Below are positions 1 through 8,051 of a stretch of DNA of 64,000 nt, piece after piece (position 1 is the first letter of the stretch; each line of letters starts with the position of its first letter). The notes under the pieces were generated by a model, which saw nothing but the letters and a program-made list of their open reading frames with translations, did not search any database and had not been told where the DNA came from. This DNA is from an uncultured Gammaproteobacteria bacterium (GTDB lineage Bacteria; Patescibacteriota; Patescibacteriia; Patescibacteriales; UBA12465), in assembly GCA_964470695.1 (NCBI GenBank), contig CAYYDR010000001.1:273997-337996 (forward strand), given 5' to 3'. A program made the translations under genes and the position numbers.

Positions 1-192
1 AGCAAGGTAAAAGAGAGAACCTCTAAATTAGAAGAGCTGAGAACTAATCAAGAAAAAATTATTGCGGAGCGTACGGCGGAATTGGAGCAAAAGTTGAAAG
101 AACTAGAGAAAATGAATAGTATTATGATAAATAGGGAAATTAAAATGGTTGAATTAAAGGAAGAGATTAGAAGATTAAGTAAAGGTGAATAA
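1..192 (+). CDS. 3' end of a CDS entering from upstream of the window; C-terminal coiled-coil segment, function unknown
   Basis: Frame 1 is open from base 1 to TAA at 190-192 (...ERTAELEQKLKELEKMNSIMINREIKMVELKEEIRRLSKGE*). Heptad-like charged/hydrophobic pattern. Hairpin terminator follows at 246-270. Absent from the ORF track because there is no start codon in the window. Confidence 0.5.
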   Translation, partial: SKVKERTSKLEELRTNQEKIIAERTAELEQKLKELEKMNSIMINREIKMVELKEEIRRLSKGE

Positions 193-245
193 TATAATTT
201 TGCCTTAATTCGCTGGCGAGTCCTTTGGCTTGTTCGGCATATAAT

Positions 246-270
246 AAAAGACGCATAGTATGCGTCTTTT
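246..270. terminator. Bidirectional rho-independent terminator hairpin
   Basis: GACGCA-TAGTA-TGCGTC stem-loop (250-266) flanked by an A-run on the left and a T-run on the right. Confidence 0.7.
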
Positions 271-277
271 ATTATAT

Positions 278-440
278 GTAGTCCCTAGGGGAATTTCGCC
301 TCGCAACGCCTTAACGGCGTTGCTCGTTGTCCCTGACGGGCCCGCTAAACGCTCGCCAGCTCGCGTTTATCGTCGCTCGCTTATTCGGATTCGCTTCGCT
401 CATCCTTATAGCTCGCTCGCCGCCTGTTCGATTCCCCTAG
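278..440 (-). other. GC-rich element bounded by partial copies of the tRNA-Glu 3' region (not a complete tRNA)
   Basis: 278-294 GTAGTCCCTAGGGGAAT is identical to 492-508, the acceptor/T-stem 3' end of the adjacent tRNA-Glu. 426-440 GTTCGATTCCCCTAG is the same tRNA's T-loop/T-stem in the opposite orientation. This gives a 10-bp inverted repeat, CTAGGGGAAT (285-294) / ATTCCCCTAG (431-440), around a 136-nt core. I counted 82/136 G+C (60%) in that core. It is rich in CGCTCGC-like motifs and contains a hairpin GCAACGCC-TTAAC-GGCGTTGC (303-323). No D arm or anticodon arm is present. Confidence 0.4.
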
Positions 441-456
441 TTGCGAATTATTAATT

Positions 457-486
457 AAAAAGACCCGATATTCATCGGATCTTTTT
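457..486. terminator. Rho-independent terminator downstream of tRNA-Glu
   Basis: AGACCCGAT-ATTC-ATCGGATCT hairpin (461-482, one mismatch) flanked by A-run and T-run. Confidence 0.65.
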
Positions 487-492
487 AATTAG

Positions 493-564
493 TAGTCCCT
501 AGGGGAATCGAACCCCTGTTACCAGGATGAGAACCTGGCGTCCTAACCGTTAGACGAAGGGACC
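493..564 (-). tRNA. tRNA-Glu (anticodon CTC)
   Basis: Reverse complement reads GGTCCCT-TC-GTCT..AGGAC-G-CCAGG-TTCTCAT-CCTGG-TAAC-AGGGG-TTCGATT-CCCCT-AGGGACT-A. This is a cloverleaf with a 7-nt anticodon loop T-T-CTC-A-T. CCA is not encoded. Confidence 0.9.
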
Positions 565-583
565 ATTATTTAATAATCATTAT

Positions 584-1549
584 TTAATTTAGGATAGAGC
601 CGACGAAATCAGAATTACCATTTAAAAAAGTTTTGACATCAAGCGGCCTACCTCCTTCAGTTTGTAATTTTAATATAAGCAAAGAATCTTGTCCACACTG
701 GATAGATAACTTATTATCATGCAGGAAAGTTTGTCCTATTTTATGCTTGTTAATCGCTACAATATTATTATCAACTGTTAATATTTTTACCATTTTACCA
801 TTTAAAAGGGAATGAGCGCCTGGCCAAGGGGTATAAGCCCGGATTAGCCTTTCAATTTCTAGGGCGGATTTTGCCCAGTCAATGCGCCCGTCTTCTTTTT
901 TCAGGGTTTTTATATAACTAGCTTGAGAGTCGTCTTGCGCTACTGGTTTTATTTTTCCATTTAGAAAATCCTGTATAGTCGGTATTAGTATTTCTGCTCC
1001 TAACTGTGATAGGCGGTCATGGATTTCTGATAAAGTCTCTCGGCCGTTTAAGCTTATTTTAGATTGCCGTAAAATAGGGCCAGTGTCAAGACCGGCCTCC
1101 ATCTTCATAATAGTTACCCCGGTTTCTGTATCGCCATTTAAAATCGGTGCGTTTAAACAAGCTGCTCCCCGGTATTTTGGTAGGAGGGAAGCGTGGACAT
1201 TAAGGCAGCCATAAGTCGGTATATCTAAAATTGCTTGGGGGATTATTTTGCCGTAAGCCGTCACTACGATTAAATCTGGTTTTAATTCTTTAATAGTTTC
1301 TGTTTCGTCTTTTATTTTAAGAGGCTGAAATAATCTTATTTTATTAGCTAGCGATAAAGTTTTAATCGGGGGAGGAGTTAATAGCTGTTTACGTCCGACT
1401 GGCTTATCGGTCTGGGTGAAGACGCCAACGATATCAAAGTTAGGTTCATTTAAAAGCGCTTGTAGCCCGGGTACGGCAAAATCTGGCGTCCCCATAAAAA
1501 TTAGGCGCGTTTTATTTCCATTAGTCTTATTATTTGCTGGCTGATTCAT
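584..1549 (-). CDS. fmt: Methionyl-tRNA formyltransferase
   Basis: 321 aa. N-terminal FMGTPDFAVP and NVHASLLPKYRGAA motifs. Directly downstream of def. Confidence 0.95.
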   Translation of the reverse strand: MNQPANNKTNGNKTRLIFMGTPDFAVPGLQALLNEPNFDIVGVFTQTDKPVGRKQLLTPPPIKTLSLANKIRLFQPLKIKDETETIKELKPDLIVVTAYGKIIPQAILDIPTYGCLNVHASLLPKYRGAACLNAPILNGDTETGVTIMKMEAGLDTGPILRQSKISLNGRETLSEIHDRLSQLGAEILIPTIQDFLNGKIKPVAQDDSQASYIKTLKKEDGRIDWAKSALEIERLIRAYTPWPGAHSLLNGKMVKILTVDNNIVAINKHKIGQTFLHDNKLSIQCGQDSLLILKLQTEGGRPLDVKTFLNGNSDFVGSILN

Positions 1550-2041
1550 TTATTTAACCATTAATTTCCCGCCGGGCACTATCTTATCAATAAATAGGAT
1601 GCCGTCTAAATGATCTATTTCATGCTGAATAACTCGGGCGAGCATTTTTTCGGCGCTTATCTTTTTTTTATCGCCTTTTTTATCAAAATAAATGCAGTTT
1701 ATTTTTTTATAGCGCTCTACCGGGGCATAGATAATTTCCCCCTTTTCATTTAGAACCGATAGGCATCCTTCCTCTTCTATCTCCCGCGCCCAAGAACGCT
1801 TAGTAATTTGAGGGTTAATTAAAAAAATATTCTGGCCTTCATGATGAACGACGATGGTTCTAATATTTTTACCGATTTGCGGCGCGGCTAGGCCGGCGCC
1901 ATCCTTTTTAATCATGGTCTCCTCCATATCAGCCAGGAGAGTCTGGAAATCAGCTTTGGCTATCTCTTCAGGGTCAAGAGGCGTTGATTGTTTCCGGAGG
2001 ATGGGGTTAGGATGAGTTATTATTTTTAGTTGCTTGGGCAT
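1550..2041 (-). CDS. def: Peptide deformylase
   Basis: 163 aa with all three PDF motifs: GAGLAAPQIG, EGCLS, HEIDHLDG. Confidence 0.95.
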   Translation of the reverse strand: MPKQLKIITHPNPILRKQSTPLDPEEIAKADFQTLLADMEETMIKKDGAGLAAPQIGKNIRTIVVHHEGQNIFLINPQITKRSWAREIEEEGCLSVLNEKGEIIYAPVERYKKINCIYFDKKGDKKKISAEKMLARVIQHEIDHLDGILFIDKIVPGGKLMVK

Positions 2042-2044
2042 AAA

Positions 2045-2290
2045 TTATTTTTGGTCAATTATTTTGAAAAAATATTTCCAGCGCAGTCCGTCTTTGCATA
2101 GCTCTTTTGTATCATTGAGAGCCAGCTCTATTTGATGGGACGGTTTTTCCTTGCAAACTTTAAATACGGCGCTGCGTTTAAAGCTTGGTATGGCGAGTTC
2201 TTTAATTATTCGTAGGGCCAAATCCTGCCAAGGATAGGCCGGTGGCTTAATAGTTTTTTTAGTTTTTAAGATATCTAATAAGGAGTCCAT
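2045..2290 (-). CDS. Hypothetical protein (81 aa)
   Basis: ORF tightly packed between def and the upstream gene. No recognisable motif. Confidence 0.5.
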   Translation of the reverse strand: MDSLLDILKTKKTIKPPAYPWQDLALRIIKELAIPSFKRSAVFKVCKEKPSHQIELALNDTKELCKDGLRWKYFFKIIDQK

Positions 2291-2307
2291 ACAAATTATT
2301 ATTTCAG

Positions 2308-3138
2308 CTATATAGTCGGCTCGGCTTTTTGGCCGTCGGTCTTTAGATTAAAATCTAAACTTAGATAGCCGATGCCAAAATCAGTTTGATAGGCGAGAAT
2401 TTCTGGCTGCCAATCGCTGTTATTTAAAACTCCTAGAGCGATTACAATCGGCTTCAAACCGCATTCGCCCGCGTCTTTAATAAGCTTAGCGTCCATCTTA
2501 ATAATATTCTCACTGGCTGTCGTCGCGTCGCTTAAATATTCTATTAGTTTATTATCAAACTTAGCGCCTTTTGGAGAATATCCACCCGGCGATTTTTTCT
2601 TAAGGCGATGCGATAAATCGCCCGAGGCGATTAGGGCAATATTTTTGTCGCTTCTAATAATCACCTCTTCTAGTTTCCGTCCGAAATCAAACTGCTGTTC
2701 CAGGCTTAACTCATTAGCCGGCAAAACAATTAAAATTTTTGCGTTAGGCAAATATTTTTTTAGGAGATATAAGGGAATAGCGCTGCCATGGTCCAGGGTA
2801 TTTTCGGAAATTAGCTGTAAAGAAAATTCTGGTTTTAAAGCAGTCTTTATTTGATCGGCCAAATAAGCATCACCGCTTAAAATTGTCTTAGGTGGTATAA
2901 AGCCGAAGTCCTTGAAATCAATAGCCATTTCGGGGGCGATATTTATAGTAAAAGATTCATCTTGTGTTAGTCCGTGTGGGCTGATTATAATTATTGTATC
3001 AACCCCGCTAGACTTCAATTTTTCCCCTATTTGTTCATAAGCCGTAGTTGTCTTAGCCAAAAAATCATAATTAGCCCGGCCGATTTCCGGAACTAGCAGG
3101 GGGGAGTGGGGCAAAAGAGATATACTTATTAGCGCCAT
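2308..3138 (-). CDS. Class III extradiol dioxygenase (LigB) / MEMO1-like family protein
   Basis: 276 aa. ISPHG, LDHGS and SGDLSHRL motifs in the order typical of the LigB/Memo fold. The family call is from memory only. Confidence 0.6.
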   Translation of the reverse strand: MALISISLLPHSPLLVPEIGRANYDFLAKTTTAYEQIGEKLKSSGVDTIIIISPHGLTQDESFTINIAPEMAIDFKDFGFIPPKTILSGDAYLADQIKTALKPEFSLQLISENTLDHGSAIPLYLLKKYLPNAKILIVLPANELSLEQQFDFGRKLEEVIIRSDKNIALIASGDLSHRLKKKSPGGYSPKGAKFDNKLIEYLSDATTASENIIKMDAKLIKDAGECGLKPIVIALGVLNNSDWQPEILAYQTDFGIGYLSLDFNLKTDGQKAEPTI

Positions 3139-3239
3139 AAATTTATGATTTTGACCATTTGGTCTTAACTAAAGCCTTTTTAGTATAGTATGTTTTTTGT
3201 TGAGGGGGAAGTTGACAAAATTTGTTAATTATTATAAAC

Positions 3240-3275
3240 AAAAAGGCTTTACATTAGGGTAAAGCCTTTTATTTT
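3240..3275. terminator. Bidirectional terminator hairpin
   Basis: 10-bp stem AAAGGCTTTA / TAAAGCCTTT (3242-3269) with an A-run upstream and a T-run downstream. Lies just downstream of the 3282-4772 gene on the minus strand. Confidence 0.75.
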
Positions 3276-3281
3276 TATTTA

Positions 3282-4772
3282 TTATTGGATGGTATCGCCC
3301 ATTTCGTAATTATACAAGAATTGTGAAGAAAGCGTTAAAATATTTTTAGCATCATAGCCGAGCTTACTGAAAGCTACGTCATCTACGAATGGTCTCTTTT
3401 TGCCTCCGGATATTAGATATATGGTCGGGAAGGTGCTTGTTTTTACTAAAGAGCCTTCGTCAAGTAGGATCGGGCTGCTAGTAGCGTATTTACTGAGTTC
3501 TTTGGTCGTCTTTTTCGTGATTTTTTTGTTGGGGAATTTTATGGCTACTATAGATTTATCAACCAAGGCGCGGGAACCGTTCTCAACATAGAATATTTCA
3601 TTAGTTTTACTATCCTGGAGCAGGGCACCGGTAACATAGGTAGATGTCGCGGTAATGGTTTTGCCTATTTGATAGCTGGCTAAATCGGTGGAAGAGGCTA
3701 TCTCTAGCTCTTCGGGGTTGAAGCCGAATTTTTTAAAGACCGCTAAACTCGCGAAAGGTCTTTTTTCTTTATCTACTAAAAGATAGATATTTTTCTTGTC
3801 AGATGTCTGGACTAAAGAATAGTTGGCGAATTTGATTTCTTCTCCGATGGGGTAGTTATCTAAATCAGCAGCAGTTACTACAACAATCTGTTCGGGGCGG
3901 AAACGAGAAATAAAAGCTGACCAGTTAGCAAAAGGACGTTTTTTTCCATTTTCAATCAGCCAAACCTTGGCATCGCCGTCAGCTTTTATGATGGAACTAT
4001 TCGGGTAGAGGCGGGAAACTTTAGGGAAGTAGCGGTTCCAGAGTTTATAAACATTATAATTTCCGTTGAAGACATGAGGGGTATAGTTATATAAGGCTGC
4101 TGTAGCTTGGTTCTGAGGGGTAACCATTATAGTTTTGGTATCGGGAGTTAAATAAGGATCAACGGTGTTGCTAATGGCATAAGTTTGGCCTACCTTATAA
4201 TTATAACGATTCGGTTCGTTCATATAGGCCAGGAATTGCAAGGCGGCGCTGTTGACCTGCTTGCCAAAACCTTTGTAGTAAGGATTGCAGACCCAGCCAT
4301 CGGGGCAGCCATAGCCAGTCGCCCAGTCTAAACGGCCTTGCGATGGGGAAGAATCTTCAACTAGGCTCGCTTCTTTTTGGAGTAGAACTAGGAGAAATTT
4401 AGGATTGACGGTGGTAATATGCCGGCATTTGGCGGATTTTTCTGCTTCCGTCGGTTGATCGCTTAAAGTAACGCCGTCGCAGTCATAATTATTGTGAGTA
4501 GCGTCATAGATTATCTCCGCCGCCGATTTTAGGTTGCCATGGGTGTTAAGGGCGGTATAGTTAGCTAAAAAGCTATTTTTACTATTCAGAAAATTTTGTA
4601 TATCAGCTAAGTTCATTGATCCATAATTGAGTAATTCAGCATCTTCAATAATGCGATGCGGATTAAAGCTGGGATCAATAGTTAGTTGAGCGCGGCCGGC
4701 CTCTGGCGCCCATAAAAAAAATAAGGCCAGGATAGCGATGTTTAGATAAGGATATTTTTTTAGATTTTTCAT
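3282..4772 (-). CDS. Secreted repeat protein, function unknown
   Basis: 496 aa. N-terminal signal-like segment (LNIAILALFFLWAPEAGRA). The C-terminal half carries four related modules (VWLIENGKKRPF..., IYLLVDKEKRPF..., IFYVENGSRALV..., IYLISGGKKRPF...). Confidence 0.75.
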   Translation of the reverse strand: MKNLKKYPYLNIAILALFFLWAPEAGRAQLTIDPSFNPHRIIEDAELLNYGSMNLADIQNFLNSKNSFLANYTALNTHGNLKSAAEIIYDATHNNYDCDGVTLSDQPTEAEKSAKCRHITTVNPKFLLVLLQKEASLVEDSSPSQGRLDWATGYGCPDGWVCNPYYKGFGKQVNSAALQFLAYMNEPNRYNYKVGQTYAISNTVDPYLTPDTKTIMVTPQNQATAALYNYTPHVFNGNYNVYKLWNRYFPKVSRLYPNSSIIKADGDAKVWLIENGKKRPFANWSAFISRFRPEQIVVVTAADLDNYPIGEEIKFANYSLVQTSDKKNIYLLVDKEKRPFASLAVFKKFGFNPEELEIASSTDLASYQIGKTITATSTYVTGALLQDSKTNEIFYVENGSRALVDKSIVAIKFPNKKITKKTTKELSKYATSSPILLDEGSLVKTSTFPTIYLISGGKKRPFVDDVAFSKLGYDAKNILTLSSQFLYNYEMGDTIQ

Positions 4773-4824
4773 GCCTTTATTATAATATAATTTTACTTTT
4801 CGGACAAATAGCTGGTTAAAATAT

Positions 4825-4852
4825 AAAAAAGTCCAACTCCTTGGACTTTTTT
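4825..4852. terminator. Bidirectional terminator hairpin downstream of clpB
   Basis: AGTCCAA-CTCC-TTGGACT stem-loop (4830-4847) flanked by A6 and T6 runs. Confidence 0.75.
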
Positions 4853-4874
4853 ATATTGGGATTAGTTTCAATTC

Positions 4875-7511
4875 TTAGTTAACTTTTAGAACCACCGCTT
4901 CCTTCTCGCTTAAATCTATTTTGACTTTGTCGCCCTCTTTGATTTTACCCTCAATGATTTCCATCGCTAATTCGTCTAAAATCATAGTTTGGATTATGCG
5001 CTTTAGAGGCCGTGCTCCATAAGTGATATCGTAGCCTTTCTCCGCTAGCATCTTTTTTATTTTCGGGCTGACCTTAACGCCGATATTCTTATTGCCTAGT
5101 CTCTTTTCTACTTTTTGTAGTTCTAAATCAACGATTTTTTCTAAAGCGGCTGGCGTTAGGCTTTGAAAGAGAACGATCTCGTCAATGCGATTTAGGAATT
5201 CTAGTTTAAAGTGGTTTTTAAGTATTTTATCAATTTTTTCCTTCATTTCCTGGCCCCGGAATTTAGTTTCTTGATCATCGGTGGTAGCATCATTAAAACC
5301 GATAGAGTATTGTTTGATAACTTCATTGCCTAAGTTTGAGGTCATGATAATAATAGTATTCTTAAAATTAACTACCCGCCCTTTAGAGTCAGTGAGGCGG
5401 CCGTCATCAAGAATTTGTAAGAGCATATTGAACATGTCGGAATGGGCTTTCTCAATTTCATCAAATAGAACTACACTATAGGGATGGCGCCGCACTTTAT
5501 CAGTCAGTTGGCCGCCGTCATCATGTCCGATATAGCCAGGAGGGGAGCCAATTAGCTTAGCAACGCTGTGCTTTTCCATGAACTCGCTCATATCTAAGCG
5601 AATTAAAGCTTTTTCATCATCAAACATGAAGCGCGCTAAAGTTTTAGCTAGCTCAGTTTTGCCGACTCCAGTTGGTCCGACAAATAGAAAGGAGCCAATT
5701 GGCTTTTTTTCTTCGTTAATGCCAGCGCGACTACGCCTCAAAGCGCTAGCGATTGCTTTAATAGCTTCATTCTGGCCGACTACTTCTTGATTTAAATCAT
5801 CCTCAGCGGTACTTAATTTTTTGATTTCGTCTTGAAGCATGCGATTGACGGGAATGCCAGTCCAGCGGGCCACTACTTTAGCGACATCTTCTTCATCTAC
5901 TTCTTCTTTAAGAATACGTTGTCCCTTTTTTTGAATTTTCATTAGTTCCTCCTGGGACTTATTAACTTTATTTTCTAATTCCGGAATTAGGCCGTATTTT
6001 ATTTTAGCCACTTCGGTTAAATCAACGCCTTGGCGCTGGGCAATTTCCGCTTTTATTTTTAAATCCTCTATTTCTTTTTTAGAACTGCGGATCTGTGAGA
6101 TAATATTTTTTTCGTTATTCCAATGTAGCTCTAGCTGGTTGGCTTTTTCTTTTAATTTAGCTAATTCGGCATTTAGGCTCCGTAGCCGGGAAGATTTTTT
6201 CTCGGTGGTTAGGAGCCCGGCCTTATTCAGTTCTAACTGGTTTATTCGTCTCTTCAATTGATCTAGTTCATCAGGCATAGAATCAATCTCCATGCGCAGC
6301 GATGAAGTCGCCTCATCAATTAAATCAACTGCCTTGTCTGGCAGGCAGCGATCGCTGATATAGCGGTTAGATAATTTAGCGGCGGCGATTAAAGCATTGT
6401 CAGTAATACGAACGCCATGATGGACTTCATATTTTTCTTTTAAGCCTCGGAGCATGCTGATAGTATCGTCAACACTTGGTTCATTGACCATTATTGGCTG
6501 GAAGCGTCTTTCTAGGGCCGCGTCTTTTTCTATATATTTTTGGTACTCTTTAGTAGTGGTCGCGCCGATAGTTCGGAGTTCGCCGCGGGCTAGAGCCGGT
6601 TTTAGCATGTTAGAAGCGTCCATTGACCCTTCGCTAGCGCCCGCACCGATTAAAGTATGCAGCTCATCAATAAATAGAATGATTTGGCCGTTTTGAGCTT
6701 TGACTTCTTTTAAAACCGCCTTAAGCCGGTCTTCAAATTCGCCTCGGAATTTTGCGCCGGCTACTAAAGCGCCTAAATCTAGGGTAACAATTTCTTTATT
6801 TTTTAAATTTTCCGGAACATCACCGGCGATTATTCTTTGCGCTAAGCCTTCAACAATGGCGGTTTTGCCGGTACCAGCCTCACCGATTAAAACGGGATTA
6901 TTTTTAGTGCGGCGTAAGAGAACTTGCATGATGCGGCGTATTTCCTGATCGCGGCCGACAACGGGATCAAGTTTTTCCTGGCGGGCTAGCTCAGTCAGGT
7001 TGGTTGTATATTTTTCTAAGACCTTATATTTATTTTCCGGGAAAGGGTCATTAATCGTTTGGCTGCCGCGTAATTCTTTTAAGATATTTTTGACATTTTG
7101 ATATTCCACCTTGAAATTAAGAAGGACGTTTTGCGCCGGGGAAGGAACGCCAATTAGGGATAATAGAATATGTTCGGTAGAAATAAATTCATCGTTCATG
7201 CCGTCCGCTTCTTTCTGGGCCCTTTCTAATATAAGAGCTGTCTCGGCCGTTCCCGATACCGCTTGAACCGGTCCATTGTTAGGATTTATTTTTATCCGCG
7301 GCAGTTTTTTTATCTCTCGGATAGTATATTCTTCAATTATTTCTGGGTCAGCTTTCATTTTTTCCAAGATTGGCTTAATCAGGCTCTCATTCTGCTGTAA
7401 AAGAGCGAGTAGAATATGAAGAGCCTCAATATTAGGCTGGCCGTAAGTTGAGGCGATAATTTGCGAGTTGATTATTGCTTCCTGCGATTTATCAGTAAAT
7501 TTGTTAAACAT
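4875..7511 (-). CDS. clpB: ClpB-type AAA+ disaggregase (two NBDs, long coiled-coil M-domain)
   Basis: 878 aa. Clp-N repeats. Walker A GEAGTGKT and GPTGVGKT, Walker B ILFIDELH and VLFDEIEKA. The coiled-coil middle domain of about 130 aa aligns to E. coli ClpB ([10 protein letters not shown]...ARWTGIPV). GARPLKR near the C-terminus. Confidence 0.9.
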   Translation of the reverse strand: MFNKFTDKSQEAIINSQIIASTYGQPNIEALHILLALLQQNESLIKPILEKMKADPEIIEEYTIREIKKLPRIKINPNNGPVQAVSGTAETALILERAQKEADGMNDEFISTEHILLSLIGVPSPAQNVLLNFKVEYQNVKNILKELRGSQTINDPFPENKYKVLEKYTTNLTELARQEKLDPVVGRDQEIRRIMQVLLRRTKNNPVLIGEAGTGKTAIVEGLAQRIIAGDVPENLKNKEIVTLDLGALVAGAKFRGEFEDRLKAVLKEVKAQNGQIILFIDELHTLIGAGASEGSMDASNMLKPALARGELRTIGATTTKEYQKYIEKDAALERRFQPIMVNEPSVDDTISMLRGLKEKYEVHHGVRITDNALIAAAKLSNRYISDRCLPDKAVDLIDEATSSLRMEIDSMPDELDQLKRRINQLELNKAGLLTTEKKSSRLRSLNAELAKLKEKANQLELHWNNEKNIISQIRSSKKEIEDLKIKAEIAQRQGVDLTEVAKIKYGLIPELENKVNKSQEELMKIQKKGQRILKEEVDEEDVAKVVARWTGIPVNRMLQDEIKKLSTAEDDLNQEVVGQNEAIKAIASALRRSRAGINEEKKPIGSFLFVGPTGVGKTELAKTLARFMFDDEKALIRLDMSEFMEKHSVAKLIGSPPGYIGHDDGGQLTDKVRRHPYSVVLFDEIEKAHSDMFNMLLQILDDGRLTDSKGRVVNFKNTIIIMTSNLGNEVIKQYSIGFNDATTDDQETKFRGQEMKEKIDKILKNHFKLEFLNRIDEIVLFQSLTPAALEKIVDLELQKVEKRLGNKNIGVKVSPKIKKMLAEKGYDITYGARPLKRIIQTMILDELAMEIIEGKIKEGDKVKIDLSEKEAVVLKVN

Positions 7512-7540
7512 ATTATAATTATATTAAGGTCTTTATTTTA

Positions 7541-7567
7541 TTAGCACTCTTAATACTAGAGTGCTAA
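7541..7567. promoter_or_regulatory. CIRCE operator (HrcA binding site)
   Basis: TTAGCACTC-TTAATACTA-GAGTGCTAA is a perfect match to the CIRCE consensus TTAGCACTC-N9-GAGTGCTAA. It lies between the predicted clpB promoter and the clpB start. Confidence 0.9.
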
Positions 7568-7572
7568 TTCTT

Positions 7573-7601
7573 ATGATAATATAAGAAAAATTAGTTGTCA
7601 A
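7573..7601 (-). promoter_or_regulatory. Sigma70-type promoter for clpB
   Basis: On the minus strand: TTGACA (7601-7596), 17-nt spacer, TATCAT (7578-7573), immediately upstream of CIRCE. Confidence 0.6.
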
Positions 7602-7664
7602 TCAAAGTAGTAATATGTTATGATATTAACATAAAAAGAGATTTTTTTATTTGCCCTATTTTCA

Positions 7665-8033
7665 ATGTTTAACCATAATTTTTTTACTTATTCTGGTCAA
7701 ATTATCCTTCAAGTTTTAGGAGAAATTTTATATTTTCCGGTCTGGTGGTATAGCCTGGGGCTATGGCGTTTTTCTAAGGCGCTCAGTTTGTTTTGGTTAG
7801 GGAGAGAAAAATCTCTTGGTTTAAGTGTTTGGGTTAAGAATATATTCGTGCCTATGTATGGCCAGCGGGATATGGCCAGCCGCCTGATTAGTTTCTTTAT
7901 GCGGGTGGTGCAAATTATTTTCCGGGGCCTTATTTTATTATTTCTACTTCTAATTTTGCTGCTTATTTGGCTGGGCTGGCTTTTATTGCCTGTCTTTTTA
8001 TTATTAGCCATGTCTTTTCAGATTATAAGTTAA
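7665..8033 (+). CDS. Small integral membrane protein, unknown function
   Basis: 122 aa with hydrophobic segments (e.g. LILLFLLLILLLIWLGWLLLPVFLLLAM). Preceded by an extended -10, TGTTATGAT (7616-7624). The antisense ORF 7709-8011 looks like a shadow. Confidence 0.6.
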   Translation: MFNHNFFTYSGQIILQVLGEILYFPVWWYSLGLWRFSKALSLFWLGREKSLGLSVWVKNIFVPMYGQRDMASRLISFFMRVVQIIFRGLILLFLLLILLLIWLGWLLLPVFLLLAMSFQIIS

Positions 8034-8051
8034 TTTTTCGGAGCGGTTTAT

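Noticed and set aside
260-454. 64-aa plus-strand ORF (MRLLLYVVPRGISPRNALTALL...)
   Set aside because: It is made entirely from the GC-rich tRNA-Glu-derived element and begins inside a terminator hairpin. The sequence is Arg/Leu/Pro-rich and low-complexity, with no RBS or promoter. A 30-aa minus-strand ORF (MSEANPNK...) in the same element also lacks a properly spaced RBS.
5281-6948. Plus-strand ORFs 5281-5481, 5578-5790, 6454-6696 and 6700-6948
   Set aside because: These are antisense shadows inside the well-supported clpB gene. Similar shadows occur inside fmt (633-815), gyrB (22325-22642, 22979-23209), copA, the RND permease and others, and all are ignored.
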